Source: Chrysomallon squamiferum (taxonomy: Eukaryota > Animalia > Mollusca). From it: a DNA stretch of 64,000 nucleotides. Where the stretch lies: NCBI GenBank assembly GCA_012295275.1, contig CM022672.1, positions 24,986,001-25,050,000 on the forward strand. The letters run 5' to 3'. The notes beneath the pieces were generated by a model that worked only from the letters and a program-made list of their open reading frames with translations, had not been told where the DNA came from and made no database searches. The position numbers and the translations under genes are program-made. Position 1 is the first letter of the stretch; each line of letters starts with the position of its first letter. Positions 1 to 14,237 of this stretch are shown in pieces.

Positions 1-363
1 CTATCTCAGTCCTTTCCCTGTTAACACTTTCATGAAACAGACATCAGTCATTTCAACAACAAAAAATAAATTAATATAATAAAGAATTGGAGAACTTGCA
101 GGTCTTTCCATATCCGCTAATAATTAACTGCCAAGCAAGTAATTGATGCCACTGTTAAGTATGAGAGAGAGATGCATGTGTGTGTGTGTTACGTGTGTGT
201 GTTTGTTTTCGTGTTATGCTGTCAATGCATGACTTGTCAATGCATTACATTAAAAACAATAATAAATAAATGAAAATCATTTTAATATAATAATAATAAT
301 AATGATGAAATAATAATAATAATTTTAATAATAATAATAATAATAATAATGATAATAATAATA

Positions 364-410
<47 letters not shown>

Positions 411-1134
411 AATATTATTGTAAAGAAAAAACTAAATAAATAAATAAACAAATAAACAACGGTTCTGCGTTTTCATTTTCTTTTCTTCTTTTTTTTCCCC
501 TCTTTTTTTTCCCTTTTTTTTTTTTTTTTTTTCGCCAGTGCAGATTGAACATTTTACGTTGTTTTTTGCGTTGCTTCTTATCCAGCGACAAAGAAGCACA
601 CGCCTGAATGACGCTAAATCCTGCGAGCGCTTGTCCCGATAAACTGATTTGGTCTTAACGTTAATAGGATAACGTACAAACCAATGAATGAAATACACTG
701 AAAATTCAATGTCTTTATAATAACTGGAACGAATTATCACTGACTGCATGCATTCACTCGCATTTAAGCTTCTTATGTCAAGTTATGTATAAAACATTGT
801 ATATGAATTGTCAGGTTGAATTTCCCCTGGTTGTAAAGCTTTTAAATGCGAAAATGTTTACTTTAACCTTATTTATTTTCGTTTTTGTTAGTGTTTCAGA
901 GAATTCATTTTTGATTTATATTTTATGTTTATTTTCGTTTTATCGTATTACTTCTATTTGATTTTGTTTAATTTAATTTTTGTTCAGTATTCTTTTTTTT
1001 TCTTTATATCTCATCTTTATTTTTGTTTTATGTTATTATTTTAATTAAGTTTTAGTTAAGTTCAGTTTTTGCTTAGGTTGTCTTAATATTTTACTTACTT
1101 TAGTTTAGCTTAGTTTAATTATTTGATTATTTGC

Positions 1135-1137
<3 letters not shown>

Positions 1138-1210
<73 letters not shown>
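1138..1210. repeat. (CA)n microsatellite
   Basis: Directly visible. Confidence 0.95.
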
Positions 1211-1213
<3 letters not shown>

Positions 1214-1981
1214 ACTACCATACATACAGACACATAAATATAAAAAAAACTTCTTTTTTTTGGCGAGGACTATTAGTAATTATCTTCTTTTCTATTTCTT
1301 CAATCTCTCCTTATTTTTTTTTTTTTTTCTTCTTCGTTTTCTGTTTCTATTCGCAATCATCCTTCATTATCATCATCATCTTCTTCTTCTTCTTCTTCTT
1401 ATTTTTTTTCCTCCTCTACACAAACTCTGCATGAAGCTGCGGTTAAGGATGGTCCCCAGCTAAACCACAAGTATTTACATGTGACAGACTTCAAGTCCGC
1501 TTCTGAACCCTGATTACGAGGGATCGCGCAGAAACTGTCAGTGGGCTTCTTTAATGTGTCTGTGCGGTTAACCACGAACAGGCGGACAGGTGTGTTGATT
1601 TGTCGTGTTTGTGGCTGCACTGCACGTAAACGTGAATTTGTTAAAGTAAGCATCGATTCGTAATCGTTACAGAAACACGTAGCCATTTCAGCAACTATGA
1701 ACTAACTGTTTTATGGGTTCTTTTTATGGCTTTTTTTTTTTTTAATTTATTTTTATTATTTATTTATTGTTATTATTATTTTTTTTTTTTTTTTTCCCAG
1801 TTGGTTTTATACATATGCATAAAGCATAAATTTATATTTTCATTAACATATACAGTCATGCACACTCACATTCGAACATATGCATACATCAATGTGTGTG
1901 AATGTGTGTGTGAGTGTATATATATATATATAAGTGTGTATACATCTCACTTTTTCTCTCTTATATAGATGTATGTATATG

Positions 1982-2041
<60 letters not shown>

Positions 2042-3469
2042 CCTTAATTCACATTTTCGACATGCTTTTATTCATGCAAATGTACAGATATACATACATT
2101 CTTCGATCTCAGTAAGGAAAAATGATGCCGTCAACTCCATTTTGTAAAGAATTAATGTGTTTAAAATAAGCAGAATAAATTTTAATTACAATTATTTGTT
2201 TTTCATTCTTTCTTAAGTCATTCAAAACGTAAAGGTAATACGTTAAAACACGCCTAGCAGTTTTGAAAAAGAAATAATCAGGAGGAAACGATAGGAAGAA
2301 AAGAAGAAGAAAGAAAGAATGGTAAAAGGAGAAAGAAAGAAAGAATGTTTGATAAGCCTACAGGTCATTTAATTGCTCTAAATGTTTTGTTTTTAATGAA
2401 ATGACATAATAATTCATCATCTTCAAAAAAAAAAATTAAATAAAATAAAAAATTAAAAAACAATTCTCTAAAACCTTGGCTGTTTGAAAATTGCAAATGG
2501 CAGATAATTATGACGATATCTTGTTTCTTTTTTGTGTGAATTAATATAAAACAAAAATAATTCGTTTAATGTGGCTTCCGTTCAACGAAAAATAACGTTA
2601 ATTATGGTTTTCTTCTTTCAGTTTAGTTTATTTCTACTTTATTATTATTATTATTATTCTTATTATTATTATTATTATTATTATTCCTACTAATATTATT
2701 ATAGGTGGTGGTGGTGTTATTATTACTACTAACTACTATCATTATTATTGTTGTAGTCATCGTTGTTGTTTGTATTATTACTACTACTACTACTACTACT
2801 ACTACTGTTGTTGTTGTTGTTGTTGTTGTTGTGGTTGGTGTTGTTTCAGATTTACCATGTCCTTAAACTAAAATAAATATAATCAGTAAATTTTCTCTCC
2901 AAGTGAAAAGCGATTATGGAAAATTAAAGTGCTTTGCTTTCTTGTTAAACACTTACATTTTCAAGTAAACACTTTGATATATTTACATTCATATAGACAT
3001 GCATCCTCGAACACTCATTTATATATAATTACATACATGCCTATGTAATTATTTTTAATTATTCTTAATTAATTTAATTTTGAAAATCTTCTTTTAAATT
3101 TTTTATTTTTTTTTTTTTTTTTACCTCACATGTGCATGCGTCTGTAATTATGCATGTGTACATATGCGTTCGAGTTTCGTAAGTATGTGCGTGTGCATAC
3201 GTTATTATGTGTTATCGATTTGTGTGCATGTGTTCTGTATTTTATGTAGTCGTTTATTCTTTGTTCCGTTACTTTTATTTTTTTAATTTTTCAGACCCCC
3301 CCCCACCGCATCAACGCCCAACAGATGATTTTTCTATGGGAAATAAATATTATTTTTTGTTTAAAAATTAAACTGCCATTTTTAAACTAGTAGGCTTTTT
3401 TGTGCGTGTGAACAACGCCTCCAAAATCCCCAACAACTGTCACCCATTTCATCATTAATATTTACGACC

Positions 3470-4436
3470 CATGGGCGGAGCGAACTTTTTTTTTCCGTTT
3501 TCTCTGTATCATTTTGAAGAATTGCCAGTCTTATATTTAGCCCCGCCTATTCATATCCAAATATGGTAATAAGAAAGATGCCCTCGGGTCTTCTATTTCA
3601 TTTTCACACGCTTGTTGTCTTTTTTTTTCTTTTTTTTTTTTTTTTTTTTTTTCATATTTTATTTAATTATTTATTTATTTTTCTTTCTATCCTGTTTGTT
3701 TTTGTTTTTTGTTTTTTTTGTTTTTTGCTGTTTTGTCTTGTAACCCTGTTTAACAATAAACTTAAAAGTGAAAAAAAAAAAAAAAAGAAGAAGAGGAAGA
3801 AGAAGAGTTAAATTTACATAGCTTTCAATAACCACAAAACTTTTCGCGTTTAACAGAAAGTCTAGAAATATTTTTGCATTGGTATCCCGCGGACAAAAAC
3901 AGCATCTTGCGGCTTTCAATAAACGTGCCAAACGAAGCTGTTTTTTTTTTTTTCTTCTTCTTCTTCTTCTTCTTCTTCTAGTTCTCCTTCTATTTTTCAA
4001 GCGTTGCGTTTCATTATGCCCGTTGCGTTTCTTTTGCTCGCTAGCACATACTGACTCGGGGTCCTCGAGTACGCGCAGCCGCGCGCGGTCAGCCAGTATT
4101 TTCTGGGCTTTGTACTTAGTAGACCCCTGAAGTAACTTGAGCTGTGCCGAAAGAAAAAAAAAAAAAAAAAAAAATCCAATCTCATTTCGACAAGCTGAAT
4201 CCCTCCGCAGTAGAAAATGAAATTGGCAAAGGCCGTGGTGGCAGTCTTCCCAACAAACAGCGAGATGAATTTTACACGATTGCTGTGTGAAAAATGTTAA
4301 TAAATCTCTCTCAATCGATCCAGTTTCGCTATTTGTCTGGTAATGGCTAGCGTTGCGAAAGCGAGGCTACGCACCGAGTAACCCAGAGCGCCCCCCTGCG
4401 GTCACAAATGGTACGATTCTAGCTTGGACTTAACCG
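3470..4436 (+). promoter_or_regulatory. Putative distal promoter and 5' leader
   Basis: GC boxes (GGGCGG ~3473, CCCGCC ~3542), CpG-dense 4000-4100, CTCF-like GCGCCCCCCTGCGG 4388-4401, upstream of the candidate first exon. Confidence 0.5.
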
Positions 4437-4578
4437 ATGAACCCTTATTCAGACCGCAAACTGTTCGGAAAAAGCTTGTCATCTTCCAAAACGGCCGAAA
4501 ATACGAGAATGGTTGCCAATTTCCACCCACGGCAGACGGAAAGCACGCTGAATGGGCTTTACATACCAAGTATCACAG
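4437..4578 (+). CDS. RXR: Candidate distal alternative first coding exon of RXR (47 aa)
   Basis: ATG-initiated open frame ending ATC ACA G|gtaggc (phase 1, compatible with the exon 2 acceptor at 43048), downstream of a CpG-rich promoter-like region. Linkage to RXR is inferred. Confidence 0.5.
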
Positions 4579-5353
4579 GTAGGCAATGCATGTCAGACGT
4601 TGTTTTCATTTCTTGTTTACACCGCCGCTATGTTTACTTGTTTCGTTGAATTTTCTCATTCTTTTCAATTGACCCAGTTTGAATAAAGTGTGTACGCGTG
4701 TGATTGTATTTGCCGCACACACACACTCGCCGGAGAAAGTTAAATAATTGAAACTATGTGAATCTGAGAGAATTTGCGTAATTCCATGTGTTCATTCAAC
4801 ATTTAAAACAAACAGGAACGGCGAGAGAAATACGAAAGCGAGAGAGCGGTGGTGAAATAAAGTTTTTAAAACTACCGTGATTAATTTTTGAATGGTAGAA
4901 AAATTTAAAAATATTTTAAATACAAATAATTTTACCTTCATATTATAATTTTTTAATATCAAAACTGGGAAGAAATTTTTTTTTTTTTTTTTTTTAAAAA
5001 GAGACGATTTTTTTTTTCTCGGGAGGTTTTTAAAACAAAATGTCAAAGATGGAAATAATTTCTTTCAGAGTTTTATTTATTTATAATTAATTTATTTATA
5101 TATCCCAGTGGCGTATTTATATAAAATAAAAATAAAAATTATAATGTTGTATTCATATTATTACTTTTGCATTTGTCAACTACGTTTTGATGGCTTTCCT
5201 ATTATACATTCAGTTTATGATTATAACTGGAAGTAACGCTTCTGTATTTATGCCGAATCAGTGTTGTTTTAAATAGTATTTTTTATTTCATATTTGGAAA
5301 CAGAAATTTACTTTTGATAAAGAAATTACTTTACTTAGTCGACATTATTGCTA

Positions 5354-5407
<54 letters not shown>

Positions 5408-5460
5408 CGTCAGTAATTATCTATAAATCGTTATTTTTCTTCTCTTTTTATTTCGCTTAA

Positions 5461-5493
<33 letters not shown>

Positions 5494-5980
5494 TAAATTT
5501 ATTATTATTATAAAATGTTCTCATATATCAAATTATAATAACAAGCTTTCATCAACTTTCTTTTCTTAACTTCTATTTTTTTTTTTTGTGAAGTCATGAA
5601 AGTACACACACAATCAGAGTCTTTTTTCTTTTTTTTTTTTTTTTTTTCCTTTCATTTTCCGTTCTTTTATTTCTTCTGTCTCCTATTACACTTTATATTT
5701 CAATCTACTGACGATATGCAAATTAAATAAAACGCTCTGCGTTCCGCGTTCAAGTCCAGAAATATCTCCTTGCTGTACAGAAGGTGTTACAAGATGTAAA
5801 TTTTAGTCCCAAATTTCCTGGAGTCGACGTCTCTTTCATCCATTCGACACGTACGACGTCGTTGTTGTCGGTGTTTCAAATCACGACGGTCTCTTGGTAT
5901 TTCCGCGTTTTTGAAACCAGGTTTCACAAGTGTTTGCAATTAACTTAACTGTTCAAGTAATTCGTTTAAAAGTTTGATGT

Positions 5981-5981
<1 letters not shown>

Positions 5982-6076
<95 letters not shown>

Positions 6077-6760
6077 GTTCGCTGCATAAACAAAGTATAA
6101 CAGCAGTTTCAGCAATTAACTGAAAGATATTTATTTCCTTTCATCATAAATATATTTAAAGCATTATATTACGAATATATTTCGTCAGCTACATACACAA
6201 ATAAGATATTTATTTCATATTTAAAGTACAAATTTATTTAACACAAATTTTAAAAATATATTTATTTCACACATATATTGATAGCAGTAATATATTTATT
6301 TGACCACATATATATTAATAAAATATGTAAAACTACATACTAACCAAGATATTTAATTAACATAGCCATTAAAATATGGTAAATAAGCATATTTCACAAG
6401 TAAGCAAAAATGCCGGGTATCATCTGTTTTAATGATAGTGGTAAAATGAAATCCAACATCAAAATATGCTTATTTCATATCAACGTTAACCATATATTTG
6501 TTTCACATATACATTACAAATATATTTATTTCACATATATATTAAAAATATATTTATTTTACACATACCTTAACATGTTTATTTCACATGTATATCTCGC
6601 ATTATATTAAAAGTATATTCATTTCACATAATCGTTAGAAAATGTATACATTACAATATATTTATTTTATACCTCCGTCAACAATTTATTTGTTTCATTC
6701 AAACATTAAAAATCTATTTTTTCTCGGCTACAGTAAGATTTTATTAATTTCCTTTCAAAG
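5982..6760 (+). repeat. (CT)n followed by degenerate ~27-30 bp tandem array (consensus ~AAAATATATTTATTTCACATATACATT); dispersed repeat copy 1
   Basis: Recurring ATATTTATTTCACA units; homologous segment at 58589-58856. Confidence 0.7.
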
Positions 6761-7155
6761 GCGCTTTTTTACTTTTTTTTTCAGATACCTAATTAGAATT
6801 ATACCATTTTAAATGTAACATAATTTAGAATCTTTAACACTCTCTTTTCACACCGTTAAAAAAAAAAAATATATATAAATAATATAAATAATAATAATAA
6901 TAAAACTATGTGAATAAGTCTATATTTTGTTTTAATATTTACTTGGATATGTACTTTTTCTTTAGGAAAACTAAACACAACAGTGTATGAAAGGAAAAAG
7001 GTTAACATTCGATAAAGTCTGCCGCACAAGTCATTGATTTTGTTTTCATATATTTAACAGTTTATCGTTTTTCTGAAAACTGTTGTTTTTGTACTGTCTA
7101 TAAAAATAATTTATTTTGTACCCAGTTCAGAAAATCCATTATTCTTTTTCATTTT

Positions 7156-7157
<2 letters not shown>

Positions 7158-7243
<86 letters not shown>

Positions 7244-7244
7244 A
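7158..7244. repeat. Compound (CT)n(CA)n microsatellite
   Basis: Directly visible. Confidence 0.95.
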
Positions 7245-9345
7245 TCCCTCTAACAAATCCCTTTTGTTGTAAAGATATATAAAATTCTTTAATAAACGTT
7301 TCTTGATATTAATATTTTAATAAATGCAAAAATATAAATTGCTTTTATGTGTATATCTAATTACGTTCAGTTTGCATTTTTTAAGACCATGTATGCAGAC
7401 TGAACACAGCTATTCCGCAGTTTTATTTCAGTCAGGTTTATATCTTCTTTCTTATTAAATTAATAAATTCCAACGACGGTTCAAACGCGATGAGGTGCGA
7501 TGCTTATCTTACATATTAAATTAATATTGTGTTATTTAGCATGAATCGGCTCTGAACTTCGTCTGCGGTTTCTCTCTGCATATCATTATGAAAATAAACA
7601 CATAATTTAAAATAAACAATGGTCAGCGTAAAAATATTCTTTCCAGGACGCGCCGATAAGAGATACTGTCGTCACGGCCCGCTGCTTGTTTTCGTTACAC
7701 GGTTCTGGTCATGCTTCTGTGATTGCACAATTTATGTTCCTCGAATGAAATAAAAATAAAGATCATTCATGCTGCCAGACTCAATCCATTTAAACGGGAT
7801 TAAGTTTACGATCGCTGTAACTGCGACGTTTAGACGTCGGCGACTCCGTTTGAAACGGACGACAATGTGCCTAGGTTACGCGTCAAATTCGCATAACGCA
7901 ACGCTTACGCAAGTCGTGGGCTTTACGAGAAAGGTCAGAGAGAGCGTCTTTCAACGCCAATCTTAATTATGTACATATATATATATACACACACACACAT
8001 ATAGATATATGTAAAGAAAACAAAAGAAAAGCTATTGCGTAATAACTAAAATTATTTAATGTTTGTTAATTTTTTTTTATACACATACACACATATTGTT
8101 TTTGTTACTGTTGTTGTTATCTTCATTTTTTTGTTGCTGTTATTATTTTTATTCTACAAATCGTGGTGACACTGGTTTGTTATATAAGTAGAAAAAAAAC
8201 CCAACTAGTCTGATATCTTTGTAATCTGTTTGAATAAGTATTAATGAAGTATTACTGAAATCTAAATAGTTGTGCAAACCTTCTTAAATATTACACTCGT
8301 GTATGCGTTCACGCACACACGTACGCCACATAACGTAATACCGTTATGTCAGTGTCGGTAACGCTGACTGTGCGTGGGGCAGTTTGACCAAGAATAACTG
8401 GGCCACGATGACCAAAACCATAACGAGAGAGACTGAGAACGAAGAATGTTTAGTTTTCGCGAGTTGCATTGCTTGTTTAGTAATTGTAACCCGCTTCAGC
8501 AAAACTCCTTGTCGACAAGTAATGTTAAAAGAATATCGCTGCAGAAAAATAAAACTTCCACATTTTGTCAACCTGGTTAGAATAAAAGCAAAAAGTCCGA
8601 AGAGTTAGAAAAATTAATCTGATTCCCCCAGACCTGTTGAGAGACAGACACACAGACAGAGAGGGACTGAAAGAAAGAACAATGGATTTATGTCATAAAT
8701 ATATTTTCATGTATCGAGAGAGATGTAATGTGTGTGTGTTTGTGCGTGTGTGTGTGTGTGTGCGTGTGTGTGTGAACTACATTCCACGTGAGTCAGTAAG
8801 CCTGCAGCGTTGAAAGATCAGATGTAAAGGGGAGACACACAATGTTTTTATGTTATATGACTCACAATCTGCCATCTTTAACAACAAAACAAATGAACAG
8901 TCTTCACTTCCTAAAAGGGAGAAATAAAAAAAAAAACGAATTAAAAAAAAAACGAAATAATAACACTTTTACAAAGCTGGCTTATAAATAAATAAATATC
9001 TCCCTGCATAACCCCACGAAATAGCCCGAGGCATCGAGTTTTCTTAAACTGACTCTGAATAGCTTTCTCTTTTTAATTTTTATTTTTCCCTCCCACATTA
9101 TTTTTTATTTAGAAGACCAGGCGTCAAATGCATTAACCATAAAACAGGGAAGTTACGAAGGGGTCGGGTTCTGGTACTCTAACCATGCAATTATTTTAAC
9201 CTGTTTGCCCGTGTATTGACTCTCTACGTATGTTTGTGGCAGCTTTCAAAACGAAGCCACAGGGGGTCGCTTCACGTTAAAGGCAACATTGCATTTATTA
9301 AACGATCTACGACAACATCTGGATTCTAATGAAATATGTCTCGAG

Positions 9346-9376
<31 letters not shown>

Positions 9377-9450
9377 GTAGATTTTAACTTTTGTGTTGAT
9401 ACAATACCTGATCTTTGATTTAAGGGGAAAAAAATTCTTAGTCAAAATTT

Positions 9451-9489
<39 letters not shown>

Positions 9490-9573
9490 TTTATTAATTT
9501 TCAATATCTTTGTTCCCGTCTTCCTATTTCCCTTTTTATGTTTTATTTTATGTTTTCTTCTTCTTCATTTTTT

Positions 9574-9605
<32 letters not shown>

Positions 9606-10941
9606 TTTTTTTAATCTAAAACGAAAAAACATGTAATTATTCAAATAGATATTTTGAAGTCGAGAAGCAGAAAACTGATCTGGCCCTGTTTTGGAAGATT
9701 AATATTATTATTATTCTATCTGTGTTCATACTTTGTCAAAGACGAAATTCAGGCAGTTGTATCATGTATTTAGCGAATAATTTGATAGTTTTTAAATTTT
9801 AGTTTCAAGTTTCCTGTTTTTCTTTATATAGCAACAATGCTGGACTAAATAAAGTGTTTAAAGAAAACCTCCATTAGGACAATTCTTAAGTTAAATACGA
9901 GTTATATATTAACGTTGAACAAACATTTGTTGCATTCACAGAAAGAGATAGAGAGAGAAAAAGCAACAGCAATACACGTACATACATTACATTACTTTTC
10001 GTAATTACATTTATTGTACTTTCCCCCAAGTAATTATATCTATATTAGGTAAAAGGAAAAAAATCAGAAGTTTTCATCCATTCACATAGAAAATATTAAT
10101 AGTTTATTAACCAGCTTATTGCTCATTAACTGTATAGTTATTCATAATTACTGCATTATAAAAATAACTAAGGACAAAAATAATAGTATTGAATATTAAA
10201 GAGGATTCGTATTGTTCACGAAAGGTTTTTTTTTTTTTTTTTTTTTAGGTTCTTTGTCGAACGGCTTCGGACTTTTGTAAAGATAAATAGTAAATCTATG
10301 AAAGCGGAATTATAGTTTTCAAAAAATTAAAAACGAATTAAGATCCTGTTTTAGTTTACATTATAAATAATGTAATATTTTTTTCCACTCTTTTTTTTTT
10401 TAAATTTTAATTTAGGATTATTATTTTTTTTTTTTTTTTACATACATACATATATATATATGTATGTATGCGTATGTGGATTTATGTAAAAAAAAAAAAA
10501 AAAAAAAAGAATCCTAAATTAAAACATACATACATACATACATACATACATATGTAAATACAATTTACCTTTATACGTCCTTATGTACGAACGTATTACA
10601 AACAAGTTTTTACACACACACACACACATGTATTCATTTAGAAAATATGAATAATTCCATGTATATAATATTAATTGCTACTACATTACCCATCTCGCTG
10701 TCTGGCTCACTTTGCTCAGACGTATATGCAATGTCTCCGGCTATTGGTGCGATGAAATTATTATCAACAAAATATAGCTGTAGGCAAAGATAGCACAGTT
10801 TTCTTATCTGTTTTAACAGTGATAAAATGAAATTTAACATTAACAAAATCATTAATTTAGCGATTCCTAAAAGCAGCTTACAATAAGTCACGTAAGCCTA
10901 GACTTGCTGTTTCAAAGCCATTTCAGTTAATGTAATATATG

Positions 10942-11000
<59 letters not shown>

Positions 11001-11289
11001 TATAGTAGTACTAATAGTAATATTATCATCAACTTATTCATCACCATCGACTTAAAACCAAAAATTATGGAATAATATAAATCAAATTAAATTGTACAGT
11101 AAAGATATACCTAAAATCGTCTTCAAATTAAATACATTTGACTTAATATTTGTAAAGAAATAAATTTAAAATTTAAGAATAATACTAATACACTTTATAA
11201 ACAGATAAATCACGGGAGAAAAAGATTATTATTAATAAGATACAGAAAGTGAACATAGTATAACGATAGTAGTAATAATAATTAATTTG

Positions 11290-11356
<67 letters not shown>
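10942..11356. repeat. (GTA)n and (AAT)n trinucleotide tracts
   Basis: Visible at 10942-10999 and 11291-11356. Confidence 0.9.
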
Positions 11357-11357
<1 letters not shown>

Positions 11358-12666
11358 GTTTAGTACTATTAATATAAAAGTATTAGTAATAATAATGCCG
11401 GCAGTAATAGTAAAATGTCTCTAGTAACAAAAATACTAGAAGTAACAGTATAATATCATTTGTCAAAACAACAATATTTGTAAAATGTTGCTAGAAAAAT
11501 AGTTTAACAACTACTAGTAATGATAAGGAAATGAACTAGTGTATTATTAGCATAACAACACCAGTGATCATATTTTTAGATTAGTAATGTAAGGTATCGG
11601 ACAATGCATAAATAACTGAGATATTTTCGGGCAGGAACGTCATATAAAATATTCCCCTGAAAGGCCATGTCGTATGTCAGGTACAATTATGGCAGTGACA
11701 CTGGTATGGTTATGTAGCTGGTTACAGACTGACACACTAAACCCTGTCATTTTTCACTGACATTTCACATACGAATATTACATCACTGTTTATGTATTTC
11801 ACGATGTGCTTAACTCTGGCGGAAGACATTCTTCTTGGCTGTAATGCAAAGCAGGATCCAGAATTACAGAAAAAAAAGAAGAAAAAAAAGAAGAAAAAAA
11901 ACCCCAACAAGGTTGTCATAACTATAATGAATATAAGACAAAAATATAATATTTTGTGGAATAATAACCATGAAAAGAAGAAGAAGATGATGATGATGAT
12001 GATGTTGATGGTAGACGAATTGTTTTTAAAATAGGTAGTCGCATGCGTATACCCTTGTTATACAGTTATCCGTGAGCAAAATACTATCTTCTTGACCGTT
12101 CTGTTATTAAATAATTTGTACAACCCCGTTATTCAGTGATAATGTGAACGAACAGCAATTCTTTTTATGTATCTGAAAAGCTAATTGCTTTTGTTAAACA
12201 CAGTGACGCAAATCTTTTTGTTTTCTTGTCAAAAATGATCTCTGTCGGGTTGAAGTTAGTACACGTAGTAGAAACATTTGGTTTTGATGTTGGCCATAGT
12301 TTTGTTTTTCTTTTTTTTTCTTGCCTATAAATAAACGTGCACTAGACTGACGCCCTATTGTAGTTGCGTAGAACCTGGGAAACACATGCGTATTTTGGAA
12401 CACAGTTCCAAGTGACTGGCCTGACATGTCGTAGTTAGGATCAGTCCTTCACAGCGGTAACTTTGGGGTGTTTACTGTTTCCACCAGTATGCTCTGTTAT
12501 CGAGTATGTGTAATCGTGATACTGGAAATGTGCCTCTCTTGCTATTATTTTTTGTATGTATATACAGTTTTATGTATTACATATTAGAAATTACGGAAAT
12601 TTTATTTATATTATTGAAATAAACTAAAAAAAAGACTGTACTAATACAAACAAGAATTTATTATTA

Positions 12667-12705
<39 letters not shown>

Positions 12706-13004
12706 TTTTTATTTATTTATTTATTTATTAATTTACTTATTTATTATTATTTTTATCTATTATTATATTTATTTATTTATTTTTATTTTATTTATCTCAC
12801 TGTGTTTTAAGAAATGACTGGCATTTTATTAATATAGCAGTAACAAAAATAATAATGTTGATAATAACAGTATACACAAAAATGGAATGTGGCCAAACGT
12901 TAAATCGAAAATGTTGGATTTTTCCTATATATTTTTTTTTTTCTTCCCCTTTTTATCTTTCCATTTCTTACATTCTGTTTTCGTTTTCTTTAGGATGACG
13001 AATC

Positions 13005-13039
<35 letters not shown>

Positions 13040-13576
13040 CAGCTATGAAACAAAAAAAACTCATTTTAACTTAGTTGAAAATTGTTAGCAACGTGGACTA
13101 CTATCTTGAAGTATTCTTAACATCGGTAGACATCCGCAATTAGAGAGAAAAAAAAAAAAAAACCATCTTCAAACATTTTATTTTTATTTATTGCTTGTAG
13201 AAAATTTATTTCATGAACGAAATCAATCACAAAAAAAAAAAAAAAAAAAAAAATTATTTAACTATTTTCTAAATTTTTTCTTTTTTCTTTTTATATAACC
13301 ATTCGCTTCAAAAAATTATTTCTTACTTCTTTAAAAGATATAATAAAAATGAAATATTGTTTACTTTCGTTCTTTTATTGATTCATTTAAGTACCTTGTT
13401 TACCTCCTTAAATATTAGATAAGAATTATTTTTGTTAATTTTTATTCTAAATGTAAATATCTACTGGATAAAACGAGTGTGTATTTATAAATGTATGAAG
13501 TTGTTTGTCTGTGTGTACATGGACCAGAGTATATATGTTTAAGTATGTATGTTCCTTTATGAATTATATTTACTAA

Positions 13577-13602
13577 TGTATGTATGTATGTATGTATGTA
13601 TG

Positions 13603-13636
<34 letters not shown>

Positions 13637-13690
13637 TGTATGTATGCATGTATGTATGCATGTATGCATGCATGCGTGCATGAGTGTATG
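13577..13690. repeat. (TATG)n tetranucleotide repeat
   Basis: Directly visible. Confidence 0.9.
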
Positions 13691-14177
13691 CATTTGTATA
13701 TATACCATGTGTTAATTATATTCAAAACAACTTTAATAATTACAAGTTCCGTTTTAAAATGGGCACAGAAAATAACATAAGAATGTCCTGTTCGTACATA
13801 CGTGCGTGCGTGTTTTCACATACATGTGACTGGGGTCAAATAACTGAAACAGGGTGGGTAACACTATGTGTGTCTTATTTAACTGTATGACTAAGTTAAC
13901 CAATTAGTCGTCTGTGCGTTGATTTCAGCACGGAAAACATTAATTTCCTCGTGCAGCTGTGACACCAGTGATTGTTCTTAGAGTTATTAATAAACCGCGG
14001 TGCATGTGTACCGCAACGACAGAGATAAAACCAGCACGTGTTTTGGTTTCAGTATCGTTCTGCACGTTCTTGTGCAGTTGTAATGTAAATAATTCTTTGT
14101 TAGTAAATTTACGTTTTGTTTTAACTTCGTTTATCGAGGCCAGAGACACACAGAAATAACAAACATACACTCCAACA

Positions 14178-14237
<60 letters not shown>

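Noticed and set aside
6120-6760. Repeat array as a CRISPR-like structure
   Set aside because: Eukaryotic context, degenerate AT-rich units without constant repeats or unique spacers, and no cas genes.
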